This document shows, in pieces, positions 24,311 to 33,963 of a stretch of DNA of 60,918 bases. A model generated the notes under the pieces. It was not told the DNA's origin. It worked only from the letters and a program-made list of their open reading frames with translations, and ran no database searches. Positions within the stretch are counted from its first letter, which is position 1, and every line of letters starts with the position of its first letter. The position numbers and the translations under genes are program-made. Origin of the DNA: a virus (lineage: Duplodnaviria; Caudoviricetes); IMG/VR virus record IMGVR_UViG_3300009180_000046, positions 1-60,918 of that record, one strand, 5' to 3'.

Positions 24311-26520
24311 GTTTATTCTACATTGATGAGTCTAATGTTCCTGAGAAGATTCTTGCAAAAAGAAATGCAAAGAAGGATTGGGAGTATGGCTGGGATCCTG
24401 AGTACGACTTTGTGGTTATCTCTAAAGATGGCACAATTGGAGAGGTGTACAATATCAGCGGTTTAAGAATTGCTCTACCATTAGCTCCTGACAAGGTTGA
24501 CTATGATGGTAAAAGATGGCAAGCTACAGAACTACCCAAAGAACTATCTCGCATCAAGACCATCTTTGATTGGAACCGTCGTGACAATTCATTTAAGTCT
24601 CAATGGGTAGACTATATCGAAAAAGAGTTTGACAGACGTGAGTTAGGTTTTTGGTTCATAAATAGAGCCGAGAAGACTTATATCACAGGTGCACACTATA
24701 TGTACTTGCAATGGTCAAAGACCGACGTAGGTCATCCTGACTTCCGTGAATCAAACAGAGTATTCTTTTTATTTTGGGAAGCGTGTAAGGCTGACAGCAG
24801 ATGTTTTGGTATGTGCTATCTTAAGAACCGTCGTTCAGGTTTCTCTTTTATGGCCTCTTCTGAAGCTGTCAACATTGCAACTCTAGCCAAGGATGCTCGT
24901 ATAGGTTTAACATCTAAGACAGGTCTAGATGCTAAAAAGATGTTTACTGATAAAGTGGTTCCGATTGTAAATAATTACCCATTCTTTTTCCAACCGGTAC
25001 GTGATGGTATGACAACTCCAAAGACGGAGATTGCCTTCCGTGTACCAGCTTCTAAGATTACTCGTAAGAATATGGACGAGGAGAATGAGGAAGATATAGA
25101 TGGATTGGATACAACAATTGACTGGCGTAACACAGCAGATAACTCCTATGATTCAGAAAAATTATTATATTTGGTTGAAGATGAGGCTGCTAAGTTAGAG
25201 CGTCCCATGAACATACAGAACGGTTGGCGTGTCAGAAAAACTTGTCTTCGTTTAGGTGCTAGGATTATCGGCAAGTGTATGATGGGATCAACATCTAATG
25301 CACTCGATAAAGGTGGAGAAAACTATAAACGTATTTACTATGACTCGAACGTCAAGAAAAGAAACAAAAATGGTCAGACTATATCGGGTCTATATTCGCT
25401 CTTTATTCCAATGGAGTATAACTTTGAGGGATATATTGACGAGTACGGTCACGCAGTCCTAGAGACACCTGAGAAACCTGTGCGTTCAGCAGAGGGTACT
25501 TGGATAACACAAGGCGTAATTGAGTATTGGAATAATGAGGTAGCTTCATTGAAAGCTAACCCTGATGCACTAAACGAACACTATCGCCAGTTCCCTCGTA
25601 CAGAGTCGCATGCCTTCCGTGATGAGACTAAGTCATCTCTATTTAACCTGACTAAAATATATCAGCAGATAGATTACAATGACGGCATGATCCAAGACCA
25701 CGTGCTAACACGTGGATACTTTCACTGGGCTAATGGAGAGAAAGACACCAAAGTTATTTGGACACCTGATAAAAATGGTAGGTTCTTAGTATCTTGGATA
25801 CCTGGGCCACACATCAACAATAATTATATTACTAAAAATGGGAATAGGTATCCGGGTAATGAGCATATTGGTGCGTTTGGGTGTGACCCATATGACATCT
25901 CAGGTGCGACGTTTGGTGGCTCTAATGGATCACTTCACGGACTAACTAAGTTTAATATGACAGGTGCCCCGTCTAATACATTCTTTTTAGAATACATTGC
26001 TCGTCCACAGACGGCAGAGATATTCTTTGAAGAAGTGCTGATGGCTTGTGTGTTCTATGGAATGCCTATTCTTTGTGAGAATAATAAAGCACGACTGCTA
26101 TATCACTTTAAGAATAGAGGCTATCGTGGTTTCTCAATGAACCGTCCCGATAAGCATGCACATAAACTTTCTTTCACAGAAAGAGAGATTGGTGGTATAC
26201 CATCATCAAGTGAAGACATTAAGCAAGCACACGCCACAGGCATCGAGACATACATTGAACGAAATGTCGGATTAGACATGGAAGGCAACTACCGTCAGCC
26301 TGATGAGATAGGCGATATGCCGTTTAATAGAACACTTCAAGACTGGGCTAAATTCGATGTAAACGATAGAACTAAATTTGATGCATCAATTAGTTCGGGA
26401 TATGCTATTATGGCAAATCAAAAGCACGTATATTTGCCTGAGAAAAAAGAGTCAAAAATAAGCATTAAATTTGCAACTTACGATAACACTGGTTCCTTCA
26501 GTAGAATTAACAAGATATGA
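24307..26520 (+). CDS. terL: terminase large subunit
   Basis: YLKNRRSGFS (Walker A), LVEDEAAK (Walker B), MGSTSN, FGCDPYD nuclease motif. Confidence 0.9.
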   Translation: MSLFYIDESNVPEKILAKRNAKKDWEYGWDPEYDFVVISKDGTIGEVYNISGLRIALPLAPDKVDYDGKRWQATELPKELSRIKTIFDWNRRDNSFKSQWVDYIEKEFDRRELGFWFINRAEKTYITGAHYMYLQWSKTDVGHPDFRESNRVFFLFWEACKADSRCFGMCYLKNRRSGFSFMASSEAVNIATLAKDARIGLTSKTGLDAKKMFTDKVVPIVNNYPFFFQPVRDGMTTPKTEIAFRVPASKITRKNMDEENEEDIDGLDTTIDWRNTADNSYDSEKLLYLVEDEAAKLERPMNIQNGWRVRKTCLRLGARIIGKCMMGSTSNALDKGGENYKRIYYDSNVKKRNKNGQTISGLYSLFIPMEYNFEGYIDEYGHAVLETPEKPVRSAEGTWITQGVIEYWNNEVASLKANPDALNEHYRQFPRTESHAFRDETKSSLFNLTKIYQQIDYNDGMIQDHVLTRGYFHWANGEKDTKVIWTPDKNGRFLVSWIPGPHINNNYITKNGNRYPGNEHIGAFGCDPYDISGATFGGSNGSLHGLTKFNMTGAPSNTFFLEYIARPQTAEIFFEEVLMACVFYGMPILCENNKARLLYHFKNRGYRGFSMNRPDKHAHKLSFTEREIGGIPSSSEDIKQAHATGIETYIERNVGLDMEGNYRQPDEIGDMPFNRTLQDWAKFDVNDRTKFDASISSGYAIMANQKHVYLPEKKESKISIKFATYDNTGSFSRINKI

Positions 26521-28949
26521 ACAAACCTCCTGGAATATTAATGCCAGATACCCAATTCCCTTCGCAGTTAGCTACTGATCAAGAAAAGGCATCATGGGAA
26601 TACGGCTTAAGAATTGGTCAAAGCATCTCATACGAATGGTTTGCTAAAACAGGCACTGGATGCCGATACTATTCACAATGGATTGATTTTCACCGTACTA
26701 GACTTTATGCTCGTGGTGAGCAGCCAATCGCAAAATATAAAAACCAATTTGAAGTTAATGGCGATATGTCGCATATTAACCTAGATTGGACACCTGTCCC
26801 AATCATCCCTAAGTTTGTTGACATTGTTGTTAATGGTATGCATGACCGATTATTTGAGGTTAAGGCGTATGCTCAAGATGCCATGTCAATGGACAACAGG
26901 TTTGAATTTCAACAAATGGTTGAAAGAGATATGCTTGCAAAAGACATATTGGTTATGGGTAAGAAGGAATTGGGTGTTGATGCTTTTAATATTCCAGAAG
27001 AAGAAGTTCCTGATAACGATCAGGAATTGTCTTTATACATGCAGCTTAAATATAAGCCTGCTATTGAGATTGCGGAAGAAGAAGCAATTAATACTATATT
27101 AGATTTAAACCATTATCAAGACGTTCGTAAAAGGGTCGACTACGATATCACAACAATTGGCATAGGAGTAGTAAAGCACTCATTTGTACCAGGAACCGGA
27201 GTTCGTGTGGAGTATGTTGACCCCGCTAACATTGTTTATAGTTACACTGAATCCCCATCATTTGAAGATTGCTTCTATTGGGGTGAAGTAAAACAAGTAC
27301 CAATCACTGAACTAATTAAGATTAAGCCAGACATTACAAAAGAAGAACTAGCTGAGATTCAACAATTAGGTACAGCGTGGTACAATTATTATGGGATTAT
27401 GCGTCCCTACCGTAGCGACATCTTTAATAGAGATGTTGTTACATTATTGTATTTTAATTATAAAACAGACAAGACATTTGTTTACAAGAAGAAATATCTT
27501 GACAACAATGGTGTTCGTGTAATCCAAAAAGATGAAAGCTTTAATCCTCCTGAGGGAACTGAAGAAAGGTTTGAGAGAATTGAGAAGAGAATTGACGTAT
27601 GGTACGAAGGTGTTATGGTACCTGGATCTCCTTATTTACTTAAGTGGGAGCTTGCTCGCAATATGGTTCGCCCTAAATCTGCTTCTCAGTATGCATTACC
27701 AAACTACATCGCTGTAGCACCAAGAATGTATAAGGGTATCGTTGAGTCATTGACTCGTCGTATGATTCCTTTTGCTGACTTAATTCAAATGACTCACCTT
27801 AAGTTACAACAAGTATTACAACGTGTTGTGCCAGATGGTGTGTTTATTGATGCCGATGGTATTAATGAGGTTGACTTAGGTACTGGTGGTTCTTATAATC
27901 CAGAAGATGCTCTTCGTTTGTATTTCCAAACGGGTAGTGTTATTGGACGAAGTATGACTACTGATGGTGAATTAAACCATGGGCGTATTCCAATCCAAGA
28001 ACTTAATACAAATAGTGGACAAGGTAAGATTGCTGCATTAATTGGAGCTTATAATCAATACCTAAGCATGATCCGTGATGTAACAGGATTGAATGAAGCA
28101 CGTGATGGATCAAGTCCTCATCCTGATGCATTGGTTGGTGTTCAAAAATTAGCTGCATTGAATTCAAATACAGCAACTCGTCATATATTAGAAGGAAGTT
28201 TATTTATTACTCGCAAGTTATCTGAGGCGTTATCGCTTCGTGTTGCTGATATATTAGAATACTCTGATTTCAAAGAAGAGTTTACAATGCAGATTGGTAA
28301 ATACAATGTTGCTATTTTAGAAGAGATTAAAGATTTGTATTTACATGATTTTGGTATATTTATTGAAGTAGCTCCAGATGAAGAGGAGAAGGGGCAATTA
28401 GAAGCTAATATTCAAATGGCATTACAGAGGGATCAAATATCTCTTGAAGATGCTATTGATATTCGTCAAATGAAGAATATTAAAATAGCCAATGAATTAT
28501 TGAAATTAAAGCGGAAGAACAAAGAGAAGAAAGATATGGAGAATGAGCAAGCAAAAGTTCAAATGCAAACTCAGGGTAATATACAATCTTCTCAAGCAGC
28601 TGCTCAATTCAAACTACAAGCAATTCAAGCAGAAGCTCAAGCAAAAGCACAAATTGCTCAGTCACAAATGCAGTTTGATATTCAACGTATGCAAGCAGAA
28701 GCCCAGATTAAGGAACAACTTATGTCTGTTGAATTTAACTACAACATGCAATTAAAAGGCATGGAAGTAGAGAAGATTAAGCAGTTAGATATGGATAAAG
28801 AGAAAGCAAAGGATGATCGCACAAAAATCCAAGCTACTCAGCAATCTAAATTGATTGAACAGCGTCAAAAAGACTTACCGGCAATGAACTTTGAATCAGA
28901 AGAAGATTCATTGGACGGCTTCAGTTTGGAGCAGTTTAATCCAAGATAA
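26517..28949 (+). CDS. portal protein
   Basis: 810 aa directly after TerL; LDWTPVPIIPKFVDIVVNG; Gln-rich C-terminal barrel helix. Confidence 0.85.
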   Translation: MNKPPGILMPDTQFPSQLATDQEKASWEYGLRIGQSISYEWFAKTGTGCRYYSQWIDFHRTRLYARGEQPIAKYKNQFEVNGDMSHINLDWTPVPIIPKFVDIVVNGMHDRLFEVKAYAQDAMSMDNRFEFQQMVERDMLAKDILVMGKKELGVDAFNIPEEEVPDNDQELSLYMQLKYKPAIEIAEEEAINTILDLNHYQDVRKRVDYDITTIGIGVVKHSFVPGTGVRVEYVDPANIVYSYTESPSFEDCFYWGEVKQVPITELIKIKPDITKEELAEIQQLGTAWYNYYGIMRPYRSDIFNRDVVTLLYFNYKTDKTFVYKKKYLDNNGVRVIQKDESFNPPEGTEERFERIEKRIDVWYEGVMVPGSPYLLKWELARNMVRPKSASQYALPNYIAVAPRMYKGIVESLTRRMIPFADLIQMTHLKLQQVLQRVVPDGVFIDADGINEVDLGTGGSYNPEDALRLYFQTGSVIGRSMTTDGELNHGRIPIQELNTNSGQGKIAALIGAYNQYLSMIRDVTGLNEARDGSSPHPDALVGVQKLAALNSNTATRHILEGSLFITRKLSEALSLRVADILEYSDFKEEFTMQIGKYNVAILEEIKDLYLHDFGIFIEVAPDEEEKGQLEANIQMALQRDQISLEDAIDIRQMKNIKIANELLKLKRKNKEKKDMENEQAKVQMQTQGNIQSSQAAAQFKLQAIQAEAQAKAQIAQSQMQFDIQRMQAEAQIKEQLMSVEFNYNMQLKGMEVEKIKQLDMDKEKAKDDRTKIQATQQSKLIEQRQKDLPAMNFESEEDSLDGFSLEQFNPR

Positions 28950-28959
28950 AATTTATTAC

Positions 28960-28967
28960 TACTTTTG
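28960..28967 (+). promoter_or_regulatory. -7 promoter element for scaffold/capsid
   Basis: TACTTTTG 19 nt before ATG. Confidence 0.55.
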
Positions 28968-28986
28968 TGCAACTAAATTAAATTAA

Positions 28987-30093
28987 ATGGATAATATTCA
29001 AGTAAAACTTGTGGACTTTCAAGAAAAGTCCGTAGCGGAAGTTGAGCAACAATTGCTTAACGACCATGCTGAAAAGACCGCTCCAATTGAGGAGATGGCT
29101 GCAGAATTAAAAGCAACTACCGAGGAAACTCCGGCAGTTATTGAAAGTCAACCACAGTTTGGTGACAACGACGTTCTTTCATATTTGAAAACAAAATTCA
29201 ACAAGGAGGTAAACTCTTTGGATGAATTATTTACAGAAAAACCACAGCCTCAACAGGAGTTACTTCCTGAAGATGTTAATGCTTTCTTAAATTTCAAGAA
29301 AGAGACAGGGCGTGGTTTAGAAGATTTCTATCGTGTTAATCAAGATTTTTCTAAGATTACACCGGAAAGACTTCTAGCTGATTATATGCGTGAGAGTAAT
29401 CCTGATTTTGATGATGAGGATATCGCATTCGAATATGAATCAAAGTTTAGCTATGATGAAGATGAGGATGACGAGAAAGAAATCAAACGCAAAAAGTTAG
29501 CACTTAAAAAAGAACTTGGCAAGGCGTCAAAGTACTTTGAAGAACAAAAGGAAAAATATAAAACCCCCCTTGCGTCAAGGATGGAGTCTACTATTCCTGC
29601 TGAGGACAAAGAAGCTTTGGAATCTTACAAGCAATATATCAGCCAATCTTCTGCTATGCAGCAAGATCAGGCTAAAAAGTCGGAGTACTTTATTAATAAG
29701 ACTAACGATTTATTCTCTGATGAATTCAAAGGTTTTGATTTCAAAGTTGGAGATAAAGATGTTTCTTATAAACCTGGAACTCCAGAGCAGCTGAAAGCTC
29801 AACAAACAGATATTTCTAAATTCTTTAACAATTTTGTTAATGAAGATGGATACATTAAGGATGCTAAACAGTATCACAAAACAATTGCTGCGGCAATGAA
29901 CCCCGATGCAATGGCCAAATTCTTTTATGATATGGGCAAAGCAGATGCTATTGATGACAGCGTTCGTCAAAGCAAGAACATAGATATGAGTGTGAGGAAT
30001 TCTCCACAGAATATTGAGAAAGGTGGGTTTAAAGTTACAGCATTGGATAATGATCATGGTAGTAGACTTAAGATTAAATCATTTAAAAACTAA
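28987..30093 (+). CDS. capsid scaffolding protein
   Basis: Acidic, helical; between portal and capsid. Confidence 0.7.
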   Translation: MDNIQVKLVDFQEKSVAEVEQQLLNDHAEKTAPIEEMAAELKATTEETPAVIESQPQFGDNDVLSYLKTKFNKEVNSLDELFTEKPQPQQELLPEDVNAFLNFKKETGRGLEDFYRVNQDFSKITPERLLADYMRESNPDFDDEDIAFEYESKFSYDEDEDDEKEIKRKKLALKKELGKASKYFEEQKEKYKTPLASRMESTIPAEDKEALESYKQYISQSSAMQQDQAKKSEYFINKTNDLFSDEFKGFDFKVGDKDVSYKPGTPEQLKAQQTDISKFFNNFVNEDGYIKDAKQYHKTIAAAMNPDAMAKFFYDMGKADAIDDSVRQSKNIDMSVRNSPQNIEKGGFKVTALDNDHGSRLKIKSFKN

Positions 30094-30109
30094 AAACTAA
30101 AAAAAACAA

Positions 30110-31525
30110 ATGGCTGGATCAGTTCAAAGTACCCCTGGTTTTCAATTAGAACCATCAGCGGTAAAGGCAACATTGCCTACAAATTACATTACCAACTTCG
30201 ATTTCTTAAACCAGTATCTTCCTGATACTTACGAGGCAGAATTCGAGCGTTATGGTAATCGCTCTATTGCATCTTTCTTACGTATGGTAGGTGCAGAATT
30301 ACCTTCTAACTCTGACTTAATTAAGTGGGCAGAGCAAGGTCGTTTACACACTAAGTATGTAAACTGTACTTCAGCTGCTGCTGCAGGACAAGATACTGCT
30401 ACTTGGACAGTTGAAGACGTAGATGTTACTGTTAACTTCCGTGTTAACCAAACTGTATTCTTATCAGCTAACGCTGGTTCTGCTTCAGATCGTGCGGTTA
30501 TTACTGCTGTAGATACAACTGCTAACACGTTCACTGTTGCTTACTATGCTGCAGCTGGACAAGTAATTGCTGTAGATACTGCTTCTACTGCATTCGTTTA
30601 CGGTTCTGAATTCACTAAGGGTTCATTAGGAATGGAAGGTTCACTTGAGTCTCAAGATATTTTCTTAGAGAACAAGCCAATCATCATCAAAGACAAGTAT
30701 GCTGTATCAGGTTCTGACATGGCTCAAATCGGATGGGTTGAAGTAACTTCTGAGAATGGTGCTACTGGTTACTTATGGTACATCAAGTCTGAGCACGAGA
30801 CTCGTTTACGTTTCGAAGATTACTTAGAGATGTCAATGGTTGAAGGTGTTCCTGCAGAAGCTGGTTCAGCTGCTCAAACTTATTTGACAGTTGCTGCTTC
30901 TAACGTACAACCTGGTGCTGCTGGTACTCAAGGTTTATTTGATGCTGTTGCTACTCGTGGTAACGTATGGGCTGGTGGTAATCCAACTACTTTGTCAGAC
31001 TTCGATTCAATCATCCAACGTCTTGACAAGCAAGGAGCTATCCAAGAGAACGTGTTATTCGTTAACCGTAAGTTCTCTTTCGATATTAACGATATGTTAG
31101 CTGCACAAAACTCTTACGGAGCAGATGGTACTTCTTATGGTCTATTTGACAATAACGAGACTATGGCGTTAAACTTAGGTTTCTCAGGATTTAAGCGTGG
31201 ATATGATTTCTACAAGACTGACTGGAAATACTTAAATGATGCTACTACTCGTGGTGGAATCGTAGGTGGAGCAATCAATGGTATCTTGGTACCTGCAGGT
31301 TCTACTAACGTATACGATCAAATCTTAGGAAAGAATGCAAAGCGTCCGTTCTTACACGTTCGTTACCGTGCTTCTGAAACTGAAGATCGTCGTTACAAAA
31401 CTTGGATCACTGGTTCTGCTGGTGGTGCTCAAACTAGCGACCTTGATGCAATGGAGGTTAACTTCTTATCTGAGCGTGCTTTATGTACACTTGGTGCGAA
31501 TAACTTCTTCTTGTTCGAGAACTAG
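30110..31525 (+). CDS. major capsid protein
   Basis: 471 aa; strong codon bias; followed by terminator; IKWAEQGRLH, FYKTDWKYLND. Confidence 0.85.
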   Translation: MAGSVQSTPGFQLEPSAVKATLPTNYITNFDFLNQYLPDTYEAEFERYGNRSIASFLRMVGAELPSNSDLIKWAEQGRLHTKYVNCTSAAAAGQDTATWTVEDVDVTVNFRVNQTVFLSANAGSASDRAVITAVDTTANTFTVAYYAAAGQVIAVDTASTAFVYGSEFTKGSLGMEGSLESQDIFLENKPIIIKDKYAVSGSDMAQIGWVEVTSENGATGYLWYIKSEHETRLRFEDYLEMSMVEGVPAEAGSAAQTYLTVAASNVQPGAAGTQGLFDAVATRGNVWAGGNPTTLSDFDSIIQRLDKQGAIQENVLFVNRKFSFDINDMLAAQNSYGADGTSYGLFDNNETMALNLGFSGFKRGYDFYKTDWKYLNDATTRGGIVGGAINGILVPAGSTNVYDQILGKNAKRPFLHVRYRASETEDRRYKTWITGSAGGAQTSDLDAMEVNFLSERALCTLGANNFFLFEN

Positions 31526-31532
31526 TAAAGTT

Positions 31533-31562
31533 GGGGGGAGGCTTTATGTCTCCCCTTTTTTT
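31533..31562 (+). terminator. intrinsic terminator after capsid gene
   Basis: GGGGAG...CTCCCC plus T7. Confidence 0.8.
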
Positions 31563-31582
31563 AAAATTTAAAATCAAATAAA

Positions 31583-32329
31583 ATGTCAAATCCAAAAGAA
31601 TTCAAGGACAAGGTCTATGTCCTTAAAAGAAAAACATTCCCTATCTCATTTATGATTTCAGGTAGAAATACCAATCGTAAGCCTTTACTTCACTTTGATG
31701 AGACCAAAGGTATTAACCGTGCATTGCGTTATGCAGTTAATCAAAAATCTCCATTTGAAGATGAGCAAGATGGAAACTTTATTTTAGAACCAATCATCTT
31801 TGAAGATGGTTTATTAGCAGTTCCAAGAAACAACCAAGTGTTACAGTTGTTTTTACAATATCACCCAGAGAACAATGTTTTGTTTGAAGAGGTTGATACT
31901 CAGAGAGATGCAACTAATCAAATTGATGTATTAAATGCTCAATTAGATGCTCAGATTGCTGCACGTGAATTAGATATTAATACAGCAGATGCATTAGGTC
32001 GTGTGCTATTAGGTACCCGTGTGGATAGATTGACTAGCGAAGAACTTAAGCGTGACTTAATTCTTTATGCTCGTAATCATCCTGTTGGCTTCTTGAACAT
32101 GTTAAATGATCCGGAGCTTAAGTTAAATGATATTGCAGCTAAGTCATTGCAAGATGGTACGTTTGTATTGAAAAACAAGAAACGTGATATCTTCTTTAAC
32201 TTACCTGACAATAAGAATAAACTAATGGGTGTACCATTTGGTGAAGACCCAGTGAGGTTATTAGCATCGTTCCTACAAAGCAACGATGGTCTCGATATTT
32301 ATGAGACGCTAGTTAAGAAATACCGTTAA
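31583..32329 (+). CDS. conserved head-module protein
   Basis: 248 aa directly after MCP; LRYAVNQKSPFEDEQ, IIFEDGLL.VP. Confidence 0.7.
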   Translation: MSNPKEFKDKVYVLKRKTFPISFMISGRNTNRKPLLHFDETKGINRALRYAVNQKSPFEDEQDGNFILEPIIFEDGLLAVPRNNQVLQLFLQYHPENNVLFEEVDTQRDATNQIDVLNAQLDAQIAARELDINTADALGRVLLGTRVDRLTSEELKRDLILYARNHPVGFLNMLNDPELKLNDIAAKSLQDGTFVLKNKKRDIFFNLPDNKNKLMGVPFGEDPVRLLASFLQSNDGLDIYETLVKKYR

Positions 32330-32331
32330 TT

Positions 32332-32359
32332 AAGAGGGCACATCTAGTGCCCTTTTTTT
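32332..32359 (+). terminator. intrinsic terminator
   Basis: AGGGCAC-atcta-GTGCCCT plus T-run; followed by TATCTTTG promoter at 32362. Confidence 0.8.
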
Positions 32360-32374
32360 ATTATCTTTGTCATT

Positions 32375-33067
32375 ATGATAAATTCCGTACGAAATACTGT
32401 CCTAAATATTATCAATAAGGATAATAATGGGTTTATTACACCAGAAGAATTCAACAGCTTTGCAAAGCAGGCTCAGTTAGAATTGTTCATGCAATACTTC
32501 TTTGACTTTCAGCAGTCCAAAGTAAAGGACATGAAGGGCATGGAGACTAGCGGGTACTCAGATATCACCAAGCAAATAGACCAAACAATTGACTATTTTT
32601 CTAAAAATGAAGATTTGGTTTATAATGCAGGAACTGGTCAATTTGATTTACCGGTAAATTTCTTTTTATTAAATGTATTGTACTATAATGGTAAAGAGGT
32701 TACTCACGTTAATCAAGAGAAATTATATTATTTGCTTAATTCGAATTTGACAGCACCAACATTAACATACCCTACGTATGTTATGCAAGGTAATCAAGTA
32801 GCTGTGTATCCTGATACTATTGTAGATGATATTAATATTTATTACGTCAGATATCCGCAAGACCCTAAATGGACTTATACGGTAGTTGACGGCAGTCCAT
32901 TGTTTAATCAATCGGCTAATGACTATCAAGATTTTGAATTAGCAATATCCGACTTCCCTAAATTGGTAGTTAAGATTTGCCAGTATGCTGGAGTTAGTAT
33001 TAGAGAGATGGATGTAACATCAGCGGCACGTGCCGAAGAAGCGTACACTGATCAAACACAACAATAA
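32375..33067 (+). CDS. tail ring/adaptor protein
   Basis: INK.NNGFITPEEFN.FAKQAQ, YVRYP.DP.W; position after head genes. Confidence 0.65.
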   Translation: MINSVRNTVLNIINKDNNGFITPEEFNSFAKQAQLELFMQYFFDFQQSKVKDMKGMETSGYSDITKQIDQTIDYFSKNEDLVYNAGTGQFDLPVNFFLLNVLYYNGKEVTHVNQEKLYYLLNSNLTAPTLTYPTYVMQGNQVAVYPDTIVDDINIYYVRYPQDPKWTYTVVDGSPLFNQSANDYQDFELAISDFPKLVVKICQYAGVSIREMDVTSAARAEEAYTDQTQQ

Positions 33068-33963
33068 TGAATCAGGAAAAATATTACACCAATGATGGGG
33101 TTTCGCCCACCGATGCCAATTGGGGCACGTATCAAAATGTAACATTAGGTGATGTTGTTAATAACTTCATCTTAATGTATACAGACGATGGTGATTTATT
33201 GAATAACATCAATAGATACAAGATATTGTTTCACGCTAAAAGAGCTGTGCAAGAACTGAATTACGATGGAAATCGTCAGACAAATGCATTACAACTAGAA
33301 GTTGGGCATGATTTAAAATTCGTGCTACCTCCTGATTACGTGAACTATGTTCGTGTATCTTTATTTCATGGAGGTATTTTGTACCCTATGTCTGAAGATC
33401 CTCAAGCTAATACAGCTATTGAATTCTTGCAAGATGACCAGTATCAAATTTTATTTGATGACCAAGGTAATGCTTTGCAAGGAACGTCTAAGTTAGACTT
33501 ATCTCGTATAGATGGTATTAACTATCAGATATGCCCATTCAATAATCAGTGGGGATGGTATGTAGACGGACTATGGTATTTTGCTTATGGCTACGGAGCC
33601 GTGTACGGGCTTAATACAGAGACGGCTAATACTAACCCTACCTTTAGGGTAGATAAGGCTACAGGTGTCATTAATTTTAGTTCGGGCATGTTTAACCGGT
33701 CAGTGGTGTTGGAGTATATCTCTGATGGACTGTATCCAGGTGACGACGCTCAGATTACTATTGCAAAGTTAGCAGAGGAGTATATTTACTCATATATCAA
33801 GTGGGCTATTTTAAATACTAAGGCAAACCAGCCCGAGTATGTTATTAACAGAGCTCGTAAAGAAAAAGTTTCCAATTGGAGAAACACAAAGATTAGATTA
33901 AGTAATTTACACCCGGGTCGCTTGTTGATGAACATGAGAGGCCAATCTAAGTGGATTAAGTAA
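33067..33963 (+). CDS. tail ring/structural protein
   Basis: LPPDYVNYVRVS, VLEYISDG. Confidence 0.65.
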   Translation: MNQEKYYTNDGVSPTDANWGTYQNVTLGDVVNNFILMYTDDGDLLNNINRYKILFHAKRAVQELNYDGNRQTNALQLEVGHDLKFVLPPDYVNYVRVSLFHGGILYPMSEDPQANTAIEFLQDDQYQILFDDQGNALQGTSKLDLSRIDGINYQICPFNNQWGWYVDGLWYFAYGYGAVYGLNTETANTNPTFRVDKATGVINFSSGMFNRSVVLEYISDGLYPGDDAQITIAKLAEEYIYSYIKWAILNTKANQPEYVINRARKEKVSNWRNTKIRLSNLHPGRLLMNMRGQSKWIK